From Utricularia gibba (Eukaryota; Plantae; Magnoliophyta), in the NCBI GenBank assembly GCA_002189035.1, contig CM007990.1, positions 372,001-436,000 of the forward strand: a stretch of 64,000 bases of DNA. The letters are read 5' to 3'. The translations under genes and the position numbers were made by a program. Shown in pieces: positions 51,232-61,758 of the stretch (the first letter of the stretch is position 1; each line of letters opens with the position of its first letter). The notes below the pieces were generated by a model that saw only the letters and a program-made list of their open reading frames with translations, did not search any database and had not been told where the DNA came from.

Positions 51232-53388
51232 TCAAGAAGACATTGCTGAGGAACCGCCGTCCATCGTCCATACAAAACCGGGAAAATCGTCCCTCCGCCC
51301 GGCGACGGTGCGGTAAATGTAGAGTTTCTCGACGGCGCATTCATCGGGGATGGAGTCAGGGGGGCCTCGTTCGTCGATGACTTCGACGTTGAGTTTCGGC
51401 AGCTTCTGACCAAGAAGCTTACATGCTCCGAGGGTTACGGGGCAATTGGACATCCAAAGGGATCGCATTGTCTCCAGCTTTGCGGCGTTGGCCAGGAGAG
51501 CTTTGTCGCCGAACGGGCTGTCCCTGATCTCCAGCTTCCTGAGGCTGTGGCAGCCGGAGAGCAGGTGGTGGAGACCCAAGTCGCTGTCCCCGGCGAAAGC
51601 TATTGAGAGCATCTCTAGTTTCTTCGCATGGGTGCCGATGTACTTGAAGCACTGGTCAGTAAGAAGGCCGGAAAGCGAGAGCCGCTGCAAGTCCTTGCAC
51701 ATCTCGACGATGGCACCAAAGCCGGCATCTAGAGGCTGATGCGTCAAGTAGTCAGGCACTCGAGGTTCCAGAATACAGAGACGAAATCGGATCATGTTGG
51801 GGCGATTCCTCGCGATGGAAACCAGAGCAGCATTGGACATCCGGCGGCAGAAGTAGAGGACAGATTGGAGCTTGGTGCAGCCGTGTGAGACGGCCACAAG
51901 CCCCTTTTCCGTCAAGGATACATTAGGCTCCACCCTATAAGGTTCTGAGGGGAAAACTCGAAGTTCTTGCAAGTCTTTACATGACATGGCCACAGCTTCG
52001 AGGCCACTGTCCTCAATGTGATCCAGCACCTGCATGAAAACAAGTATCAGAGTAACCAATCTCATGGAGCTCCATCTATGTTAAGAAAAAGGAGATCGGT
52101 CATACCCAGAGACGACGTAAATTGGAGCATTGGCTAACAATTTTGATCAAGTCAGGGCTCTGAATAGTACCATAGCTCAAGTTCAGAGAGGTGATTCCAG
52201 AGCACAAGGGGTAGATGGCAGGAAGATAAGCGGGGGCAACGTCCCAAAACCCTGATAAATCCCTGATTTGCTTGCATTCTGAAAATGCAGAAGCCAGGGA
52301 TGTGAAAGTGTCATTGCGGATTTCGTATGTGTATGAACCAACTCCCAGCTCAACCAACTGAGGGGCACGGCGAAGCAAATTAGGAAGCTTTTCCAGTGAA
52401 ACCGAGCGATTCAACCGCAGACTTCTCAGGTTTGGGGACCGTGCGACGAGACGCTCCAAAGCAGAAAACATCACCTCAGAGAGCAAGCAGGAAATGTTGA
52501 GTGAAACTAGTGAAGTGTAGCAATCAGGGAAATGACTAAGCCAGTGTCCACTTATGTCATCCACATCGCTCTCCCTCAACTCGAGTTCTCTAAGATTCCT
52601 GCAATGGTTGATGTTATCTTCAATTAAAAATCAGAGCACCATAAACAGATAGCCTGCAGAATCACTATGAAATGAAGCAAAGATGGGAACTTTTTGGGGG
52701 ATTAGGGTTAGGAGGGCACGGCCCTTTCTCGTAAGGGAAAAGGGTTTCCTAGTCATCCCGGCGACTACACAGACGAGGATTGTTATGAAAAACTTCGCCT
52801 GTAGCTCCATAAGCAGAAAAAAAGAGAAATTTTACGGCATAAATCGGAAGGAAAATCTCACCCAATCGCGTAGTGCACACCCAACATTCATATCAAGTAC
52901 AGAGAACATGAAATAGAAGCGTAAGTGTTTGGACCTGCAATTGGCGGCAATGGAAGCTAGCCCATCAGCTGTGAACCCATCGCAAGAAGTGAGCACCAAA
53001 ACCTTGAAGTTCCTGAACGACTTAGATATCAGATCCAAGCTCTCGTCACTAACCACCATGCGCTTCAGCCTGATCTCCTCAAGAAACGGATAAGAAACGG
53101 ACATCGCGACTATCCACGGATACACATAAGCCCCCATCCCTCAGGCACGAGGTTAAAATCAGCGAAATGCGGTTTCCCCTTCATTTCCAAAACCCTAACT
53201 TCCGGAAATCTCCGGATCAGGATCCTCGGCGACACCGCGTAGCAATTACCGATGAAGACACGGCGGCGGCACCAGCGCTCGATGTCATACCAAGATTTGG
53301 ACACCAAGGAAACAGCGCTCCTGTCCTTGTCGCAGCTCAAGAAGGAGAAAACATGCTCCAAAACCTCCTCCGGAAACGCGTACTCCAT
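51232..53388 (-). CDS. TIR1: Auxin receptor F-box protein, TIR1/AFB1 clade
   Basis: Three exons (53388-52935, 52598-52106, 52029-51232). F-box [87 protein letters not shown]. Apparent -1 frameshift at 53131-53135. Confidence 0.95.
51453..51474 (-). promoter_or_regulatory. miR393 target site in the TIR1 mRNA
   Basis: The plus strand reads TCCAAAGGGATCGCATTGTCTC, identical to miR393 (UCCAAAGGGAUCGCAUUG...) over the first 18 nt. It sits at the canonical ETMRSLW position. Confidence 0.92.
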
Positions 53389-54664
53389 TGCAGAGCTGGG
53401 CGAGTAACCAGATCTCGAGCTCGGGATCTGAGAGTTCGAGGAAGACGAGAGCCGAGCGGCGAGAGAGAGAGAGAAGCGAGAGCGATAAGTTCTTTTTCTA
53501 GCGATTTTTATTACCTTTTTTTTTCAACAAGGCGTGGGAGAGGAGAGTGGTCAGGATTATTCAACTGGTAGTCGTTGAATATCATGTAAATTCTTAAATA
53601 TAATTCACTTTTTTTATCACCCAATAATTTTTAATTAATTATTTTTATATTACTTTTATAACATATAATATTTTCGAAAAAAATGTCAAAATATTATTAT
53701 GTTATTTTAAAAACTAATTAAGTATACAAAATATATCATATTATAAGTTTTTTATTTAAAAAATAAAATAACTTAATACGCTAATAATTTTTTCTTATTA
53801 AATTAAAAAACCAAATACAAGAGATAAATTAAAATATGCGAATAATAATATAAAAACTAATCCTTGTTCTAACCATTTGCCCCATATCGGGATGTTCCCA
53901 CGTGTCGCGTTCTGAGGCGTCGATTTCATCGGCGGCCAGCATCTTTTGGCTCTGTCCGACGCCCGACCATAGAAACGGAGAGAAACATGGGTCCGTGCCA
54001 AGGTAACGGTAACGGTCCTAGTGGGAGGATCCAATAATTTCTCACTATTGTGTTTTTTTTTAAAAAAAAATCCAAACAATACGAAAATTCTAATTTTTTA
54101 AAAGATACACTTCTCAAAATTATTTTCTGATCACAATTGTATTAATTATCATTTTCTTGTACGATATTATATGTTTTGAACATATAAATCTTACGATTTT
54201 ACTTTATTTTTTTGAATATAAAATTAAAAGTATCATCTTTTCCATTCATAAACAATATAAGATATCATCCAAACCCCTAATCTTACATTCAATAATATTG
54301 CAACAAGTTTTCAAAAATTTCGATGAATTAATGTAGGTTTACGTCGTATAACCATAGAGTAAAGAATTGGAGTATGATCTACACTTTAGGTTAGGTCAAC
54401 CATTGTGTTTTTATTTTGAAAATATTTATTTGAATTACAGTCAAAATCATTAATGGCCTATATCTTATGTTAATCATCTAGGACGAGGATATGTTTCAAT
54501 TTAAAATAAAATCATTATTTAAATTTTAAAGATACGTTTCAATTTAAAACGTGACAAATAATGACTCGATTTTGTTATGTTTAGAAGCCGCGAACAATTT
54601 TAGAATTTTTTTCTTTTTGTACTGAATAATTAATTTCCGTTTTCTTGGATGGTTAAGGTGGGCG

Positions 54665-55317
54665 GTGGACCACAAATGTAATAAATGTAAAAGTTGGTGG
54701 GCAAATTTGCAATTAAATTTTGTAAAAAAATAATTCCAATTTCAACCCTTTTTAAAGCCGATAGATCGATCAATATTAAAATATAATTTTAATGTGTGAT
54801 AAATAAAATAAAAAATAGTCTTATAAATGCGACACATGGGCGGAGCGGGGGTTGGAAAAGATACCGGGGAGTTAATAAGGGGTTTGACTGATGAAATTTA
54901 GTGGGGCCCAAATCATAGGCGTGGACGCCAGCGTGCCGCCGGCCGCCCCTTCCCAGCCGCATGATTGTTTTCCCACATCTTCAGTTCAGCTATCGACAAA
55001 TTTAATGAATATTATAAATAAAAATCCATTCTTTTGCATTGAATGTAATAACAAATTCATCTTTATGGCATATTAAGATTAAAAAAATGAATATTTTCAG
55101 TAACGGAGTTTTTAATCATGTGGAGAAGGAGGGTTAAATCGAAAGGGAGGGATGGGGTAAAAAAAAAGGCCTTGAAGTTTCACTGTCGGTAGAAAAATGG
55201 GGCGTTTTATTCTGTACGGGGGGCCTCAGCGCAGATACAGAGGGCTTGTACAATGATTGTTCATAATTCGACCATTCCCTATCCCATCCGCTTTGGTGGA
55301 CCACATAACTGGTCCAC
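54665..55317. promoter_or_regulatory. Cluster of TCP-type motifs in the TIR1/NET3 divergent intergenic region
   Basis: GTGGACCAC at 54665-54673, GTGGGGCCCA at 54901-54910 and the inverted pair GTGGACCA-CATAAC-TGGTCCAC at 55296-55317. These sit in GC-richer islands within otherwise very AT-rich DNA. Confidence 0.5.
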
Positions 55318-56867
55318 ATTCACAAATATATGAGGACAACCACATCCTTTCATATGTATCCTAGTTTACAGAATTATTTGTATTTAGATAAATACGATTC
55401 ATATAGTTAAAGTTGAAAGTATGTTTGATATGTGCGTTTTTACGAAACCAACATGTGCTTAAAATGATAACGAAAAAAGAAAAATTCAATGATTCAAGAA
55501 AAAAAAATGTAATTTTCAATACATGCATGTTTAGAGGTATAATAAAGCCACGAAATGTAGATTTCGATAAATTTCATAGGTGACGTTTGATAAACTATTT
55601 AAGATTCTAATTATATGATGTAAAATAAAATATATTTTATATTTTTAGATTTAGAATATGTTTAAAGTATGTTTGGTAGAGAGTATAAAGAGTGATAATT
55701 AAATGAAAAAAGAAAAACATAATGTTTGGTAAATTGAATAAAATAATGGGAGTAAATAGATTGGAATAAAATTTTATTGTCATATATCTCATATTTTTAT
55801 GTTACTCTTATTTTTTATATAATTTATTTGTGTATCAAATACAATCTTAGTAGATGAATTTTAATGTATTATATTTTGTGATGAAAAAAAATTATTAATT
55901 TTGTATTTTATTTTAAAGTGAAGTTAAAAAACATATCATTTACTTAATTTAAATAAAAAGATATATGTAGTTTTAATTTATTTTAAATCAATTTTAAATT
56001 AAACTATTGGTTTAATTTAAAACTTTTTATCAAATTCATATTTTAAATAAACGTATTTTTAAAACACCATTAAATCATGTATGAAACAACAATATAAGGT
56101 TATGATTGTAACAAATTCTATGGTAAATGATTAAATAGTATGAACAATTTATATAGTAATTGGAAAATAATTATGGAAAACTCTCCTTCCTTTTTCAACT
56201 ATTGCTATAGTTGGGGAGAGTAGCCCATTTAAATTACTAAAAAAACCAATGAAAGCTGAGATTGTGTATAGACTAGTTTACCCTTTATGAATGATGTGAC
56301 TGCTTCGTATTTGCGTAGGGTTAAAATGGTCAACGAACAAATATTTTGAATCCTGGGACTTGGAATGCATCCCGCTCCTACACAGTGGCATACGTGGCGG
56401 ATTGTTATTGGATCTATGGCCGTTATATGCAAAAATTGAGACCTAGGAAGTGGAGGGGGACATTGTAGTCTGTCTCGTCCCGGCAGTTTCAACTCCTCGG
56501 GCGGAGGTTGCGAGAGGTAGCGGAGTTTTGCGGCCGGAAGGCGTCGTTTCACGGTGAGCATCACCGTGCATCTCTGTTTCTTCCACATTTTACTTGATTA
56601 ATCCATGAGTATGATGAATGCTTCTTGTTGGAGTGGATCTCCGTTCTGGAACAAGCGTTTTCTGTTTAGGTTTCCATTCTTTTTCTGATTCGTTTTTGCT
56701 AGATTCGCGCTTGTAGAGGACTTTGTTTACTCAATTTGACTGAGCCTGTGGACTTTTGTGTTTAGATTCTGGGTGCACATTTCTCAATTCTCTTCGCTCT
56801 TGATCAAGACTGGTTCTCCGTGAATTCCTTGTTTACTTACTCTCTTTTGCGTCGGTTTTTTGGAGGT

Positions 56868-57957
56868 ATGGTGGACGGAGATTCCAAGGGGTCATCACAT
56901 TGGTGGTGGCTCGACAGCCACTGTAGCAGCGACAGTCCGAATAGGTCGCCGTGGCTCCGGTCAACACTTGCAGGTGACCTTCCTGTTGCTTTTAATTCTC
57001 TGTTTTTCTTGTTCATTTTTGAAAAGTTTCTCCATGTGGGGTGGGGCATGGTCATCTGAAGAAAAAAACAGTCCATGTGGTGAGGGTGAGAATTTTACCT
57101 TTTTTGCTGATGACCGTTGGAGATGCATGTACTGCAACTACTTGACAAAAGAATCTCCAAAAGATTAAACCTTGAATTGGAGAAATTGTATAGTTGGAGG
57201 CTTCATCTGTTAAAATTTGTTCCCAGAGTTGGATGCGAAGACTAAAGGAATGTTGAAGGTGATCGAGGAAGAAGCAGATACATTCGCTCAACGGGCGGAG
57301 ATGTACTATCAGAAGAGGCCTGAACTGATTATGATGGTGGAAGATTTCTATCGAACTCATCGTTCACTTGCTGAGCAGTTTGATCACATGAGATCGGAGC
57401 CCGGATCGCGCCTGACGAGCCCCTGGCCGTCGCCGCCGTTGCCTTTCACAAAGTACAGACTGGGCAAGTCGTTGAGCATGACTGAGAAAGCGTATGATAG
57501 TTACTCTGAGCAGTATGATCATGAGGAATCTGATGAGTCCGTCATTGGCAATCCCGAATTACAAGAAGAAATCGAATGCCAGGGCGACGAAGTGTCCCTC
57601 GCCGCAAGCAATGAAGAATCAGTTATTCTCGGAGAAGAGGCGCAGAGACTTGGAACAGAAAAAGAGGGTCTCAGCAGAACTACAGCCAATGAAGAAATCT
57701 TGAGGCTAAGAGAAGAAATTGTGAGACTTGAGCAAGAAAACCAGGTTCAGAAGGAGGAACTAAAGCAGAAAGATGAAGAGAAAAGGGAGGTTATCAGGCA
57801 GCTGAGCTTAGCCATGGACCTGCTCAGACAAGAAAATGTGAATTTCAGAAATGCTTTGGCTCAGAAATCTCTTAGGACAGAGAGCAAGCATCAGAACAAT
57901 AAAGCTCAGGGATTCCTTGGGAGATTGCTCACCGGCTTCACAAAAGCTTCTCACTAG
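56868..57957 (+). CDS. NET3: NETWORKED 3 family actin-binding (NAB/KIP1 domain) protein
   Basis: Two exons: SHWWWLDSH..SPWLRSTLA|ELDAKTKGMLKVIEEEADTFAQRAEMYYQKRPEL..VEDFYRTHRSLAEQFD; C-terminal coiled coil KDEEKREVIRQLS; short protein (~260 aa). Confidence 0.9.
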
Positions 57958-58136
57958 ATCGACATTCAGTTCGTGTGTGTCTTGTGTGTGCATACATCCA
58001 TATATATGTTCATGAGATTCAATTACACAAACATGTATTATGTAATAAAATATAGTTTCCATGACGTGGCAAAATTGGCACCAATGGCTGCACATGGTCA
58101 TAAAGGCATGCATCCAATCATACACCCTTACCCGGA

Positions 58137-58502
58137 TCAAGAGCGAACCAAAACAATGATGAGTATAGTTGCGGCCGTGGACATTCTCGGCCGAACAGAA
58201 GAAGAAGAAGACAGCGAAGCCACTGCTGATTCCGGGGCAAGAGTTGGTTTTGCTGCATCAGGATTAGGAGGGCTGGGGTTCGATGGAATGATAGGAATAG
58301 TGTGTTGACTCGGAGAGATCTCTGAGGCGGTGGCAGAAGGCTGATGAGGAATGTGATCAGGTGATGATGATTGGGATGAAGCCACCGGAAAAACGGGTTC
58401 AGGTAGCAATGCCGGTGCAGCAGAGATGAGAGATGAAACAGAAGGAGAAGAAGATGTCACAGTAGCAAGAAACAGGAGAAAGGGAGCCATGAAGGCAGCC
58501 AT
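58137..58502 (-). CDS. Classical arabinogalactan protein (AGP25/26-like)
   Basis: Intronless 121 aa with a signal peptide, a P/S/A/T-rich body including ISAAPA and TIPIIPSNPSPPNPD, and a hydrophobic C-terminus suggestive of a GPI signal. Confidence 0.8.
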   Translation of the reverse strand: MAAFMAPFLLFLATVTSSSPSVSSLISAAPALLPEPVFPVASSQSSSPDHIPHQPSATASEISPSQHTIPIIPSNPSPPNPDAAKPTLAPESAVASLSSSSSVRPRMSTAATILIIVLVRS

Positions 58503-58888
58503 TTTGGTTACTAGAGAAGACCATTGTTGGGGGAAGGAAGTGATTTAAGTCAGGGGGTTGAGAACATGGATGAGGGACATGACAGGGATGTATGAAGAGG
58601 AAATGGATTCCCTTGTCCGAAGGGAAAATGCCTGGTTTTTGGTGGCCACGTGACTGTACTTTCATCTAACCAGGGGCCAGTTTTGTCTCTCGAGTATCAA
58701 TATCTAGAAGCCTGATCAAATTTGAACTCCACATGGTCGAGGCACATTCAAAGCAGAGATGACTGCCAAAAGCAAACAACAGGGAACCTAAAAATGGCAC
58801 ACGAGTCACTGAATGCCAAGTCACTACTTGTTTCCTAAGGGACATCTAATGTACAACATCAAACTCCATAGCTGAAACACAGTAGATT

Positions 58889-61218
58889 TCAGCTAGTTGG
58901 CCACTGCAGATTCTGCAATGTAGCTGTCGAGATCATTGGCACGTTCTTCATCTTCGGTGTTTCAATCTTCAGACAGGGAGAGGAAGTGATGGAACTTACC
59001 CTAGAGTCTTCATCTTCACCATCACTTGAGATGAGGAATGAGCTTTCCATTCTGCTTTCAGATAACGAAAGGCAACAATTTGTGTTGGTTGTTAAGCTTG
59101 GTGGGCTTGCTGCACAATCATTCCTGCTAATGATCCAATCCTCCTGTTTCTCGTTTGAGGATAAGAACTCATCTTTGTCTCCACTGCTGCATTCCTCCTC
59201 ATGCTCAGAAGCCGATTCGCAGGAAGCTTCTTCTTCCATCTCTTGTTGGCTGTCATATTCTTCTTCCTCCGTGGAATGAGACGATGGCGCAGAGGAGTAG
59301 CCTTCCTCCCTATCCCGAAGAGCATTTGATATCAGCATCTTAAGCAAGTTCATCACTTGGACAGCATGCATGAGAGCTGTTAAGGGATCAGACATCTGCA
59401 TAAACAAAAATATTAGAATACAGATTGGAAAGTGAAGGCAAGGGGAGTGAGAATCACAAGCACAGCAAGAACCTTGGTCATGTTTGGAGCAAAGACCATA
59501 GCAATATTTCTTTCATTCATCTTGTTGAACTCTTCCAGCTCCACAACATCCGCCATCAGATCAACTGCCCAGCTCAGAAGAGCACTTTCTGTTGGCTTTA
59601 ATTGCTTGATCAACTCAACAGCCCCCTCTTCGCTATTGCATTCCAGCACCTGTTCTGGAGAAAGTCCATCCAGAATACCAGATGGCAGCTCCCGGAACCA
59701 AGCTTTGATCAGACCGGCAAGACAATGGACGTCTATCTCTTGAGGCAAGATGCCACGGTTCAGCTTGTCCCTAACATGTTCCTCTTGCCCATTCTCCGGG
59801 TTTATTCGAAAAATTCCTTCCGACTACCAGACAATATGAGTCAGTGCTGCTCAGGAAATAACTCTTTAAAAAGCAATATTACGCATTATGGAATTGCGTC
59901 CTCACCTTCAGTCCTCCTTTTGAGTACAGGGTCTCCTGCATTAGTAACAGAATGGTGGGAACACTGTTTCCCCTGGAGTCGTACGAGCACTGCATTGACT
60001 CCGGAGACACCCCGAAAGCACTGATGCTGAAACAGTTCACAAGAGACAAAGGTAGGTACATCATGTTTTAATCCCCAAAACTACAATTCAAATAGCTTTG
60101 CAGGTAGAGCTAATACACAATTTTCACTAACGGGCAGGTCAATGAACAGCAGATTTCCCAAACCACTACACATGCTATGCTATGCTTGAGTTAGTGGGAT
60201 TCATCCATCAGCTTTTTTAAAAAAGCTGCTGACTTAGACTGCACAGACATGAATTGAAACGAAGGGTTCACAGTATTCATGAGGATTGAAGTTTACAGGC
60301 TTAGAAGATAATGACTGCAACCTCCAAATTTAAAACTTGGTCCTACGTAAGCTAAAATCTTGTGAATCCTGTCTGAAGAGTAAATAACATGGACCTCGTG
60401 CAAATTTACCCATTCGTTTCAAGAGAAATGAACAGTGGCAGAGAGATACTTGCTTCCTGAAATGAATACTTGTTATTTACATGCCATTACTGTGTCACCC
60501 TCCAGGTCAGAAGTAAATTTAAAACCCATCTGCCACTGAGGGCCACTTTTCAGCTTCTATTCCCTCTTCAGTTTGTCTTAGGCCTTGGCACTCTCAGATA
60601 AAAATCAAATTGATGATGTAAAAGAAAAAAAAAGCATATTTACCAGAAAACACAACCCCAGATTTTCCCCTGCACGGTTTCAAGTGTTCTTTTTTCTTCC
60701 CGAAGTTCGCTAACACTAAAGTAGAAAACCCAAGACTCAAATTTTATATTTTTTTTTTCAAAAAAATTGGTTCTTTGACATGACCCTACATTTTCCAAAA
60801 GCTTAAAATCTTTTTGAATCTTATCATTCGTAGCATGAGCCTGAAAAAATAACGAAGTCCTACGCTGAAAGTCAGGAAATTTAAGAGTTTACGTACCTAG
60901 CACTTGGTGCTCGGCATGTTATCTCAACCTCAAACTCAACGGGGAGCCCCAGAAATCCATGAAATCTATCGAAAGTCACATGAGTTACGTGCTGAAAGTT
61001 CGTCGGCCATCCTATTTCCATCTGGCGGACGGCGGAGATCACATCCTCATCCTCGCTCTCCACTTGACAAGTAGACACCATGGACTTTCTCAGAGCCGAT
61101 AAAATGAAATCCATCACGGATATCTGCTGCTGCGATTTCTCCCCTTTTCAGTTGACTCGAACTTGGGCTCCCTCCCAGCACAACCGCTGCCCCTCGTCAC
61201 CATAACCACGCCCGCCAT
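58889..61218 (-). CDS. ROPGAP: CRIB-domain Rho GTPase-activating protein (RopGAP)
   Basis: MAGVVMVTRG..LSALRKS; CRIB MEIGWPTNFQHVTHVTFDRFHGFLGLPVE; GAP domain GNSVPTILLLMQ, EGIFRIN, CLAGLIKAWFRELP, NKMNERNIAMVFAPN, DPLTALMHAVQVMN. Apparent -1 frameshift within 61141-61193. Confidence 0.93.
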
Positions 61219-61658
61219 TAATGAAACCTCTCAAGCTGCTTACTTTTCTTGACTAAGAAGCCGAGGAAGGAAGCGGGTCATGAATGGATTACGGCAATGG
61301 AGCGGATTTTTTTGCTTGCTTGCCTTGAAGCCATGAGAAGTGGGGCTTCCTTTATTTGTCTCTGCGACAGACGCGCAACGGCCACTAGATTTCAAATTCT
61401 CGGCTTGTTCACTTTCCAGTACTGTATATTATTTTATTATTATATTATTATTCTGTTATGAATTTGGGCTTGGAGTTGCATTTAATTTCTGTTTTGCCAC
61501 TGACTCTATTTACACCGTCCCTGCAAGTTTAGGTCGCTATCACGTGACGTGTTGTTTGTTAGGTTTTGAAAATTGTGCATTGTTTTTTCACGAGGAAAAA
61601 AAAAAGAAAAAAAGAAAATGGAAATGAAAACCGTTTCCCAAAACCAATGTTCTTTTGT

Positions 61659-61666
61659 GGCGGGAA
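61659..61666 (+). promoter_or_regulatory. E2F-like site upstream of SCC3
   Basis: GGCGGGAA about 95 nt upstream of the ATG of a cohesin subunit. Motif match plus plausible context only. Confidence 0.45.
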
Positions 61667-61758
61667 GGTACTACGAGCCCTAATTTTCTCCTGCTCCACT
61701 TTCCCAGCAGCATTTAGTTGAATCGAGTTCGTGTTCCGGCGATTATTTTTACTTTTCC

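Noticed and set aside
54970-55020. snRNA-type promoter (USE-like TTCCCACATCT followed by TATAAA)
   Set aside because: Two mismatches to RTCCCACATCG, and the downstream sequence resembles no U snRNA or 7SL 5' end.
55662-55849. Possible Tourist/PIF-like MITE flanked by TTA
   Set aside because: Putative TIRs match at only 9 of 14 positions in very AT-rich DNA. It cannot be supported without a genome-wide copy search.
56229-56588. 119-aa minus-strand ORF upstream of NET3
   Set aside because: Overlaps the GC-rich NET3 promoter/5' UTR; no family motif.
25440-58290. GTTCGA (T-loop-like) hits as tRNA genes
   Set aside because: The hits I inspected fall in exons or introns and lack cloverleaf stems and an A-box.
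4422-61193. Programmed frameshifting or a wave of pseudogenisation as the cause of the broken genes
   Set aside because: Unrelated genes, including essential ones, all show the same single-base loss at G/C runs with no other decay or recoding signal. Consensus error is the simpler explanation.
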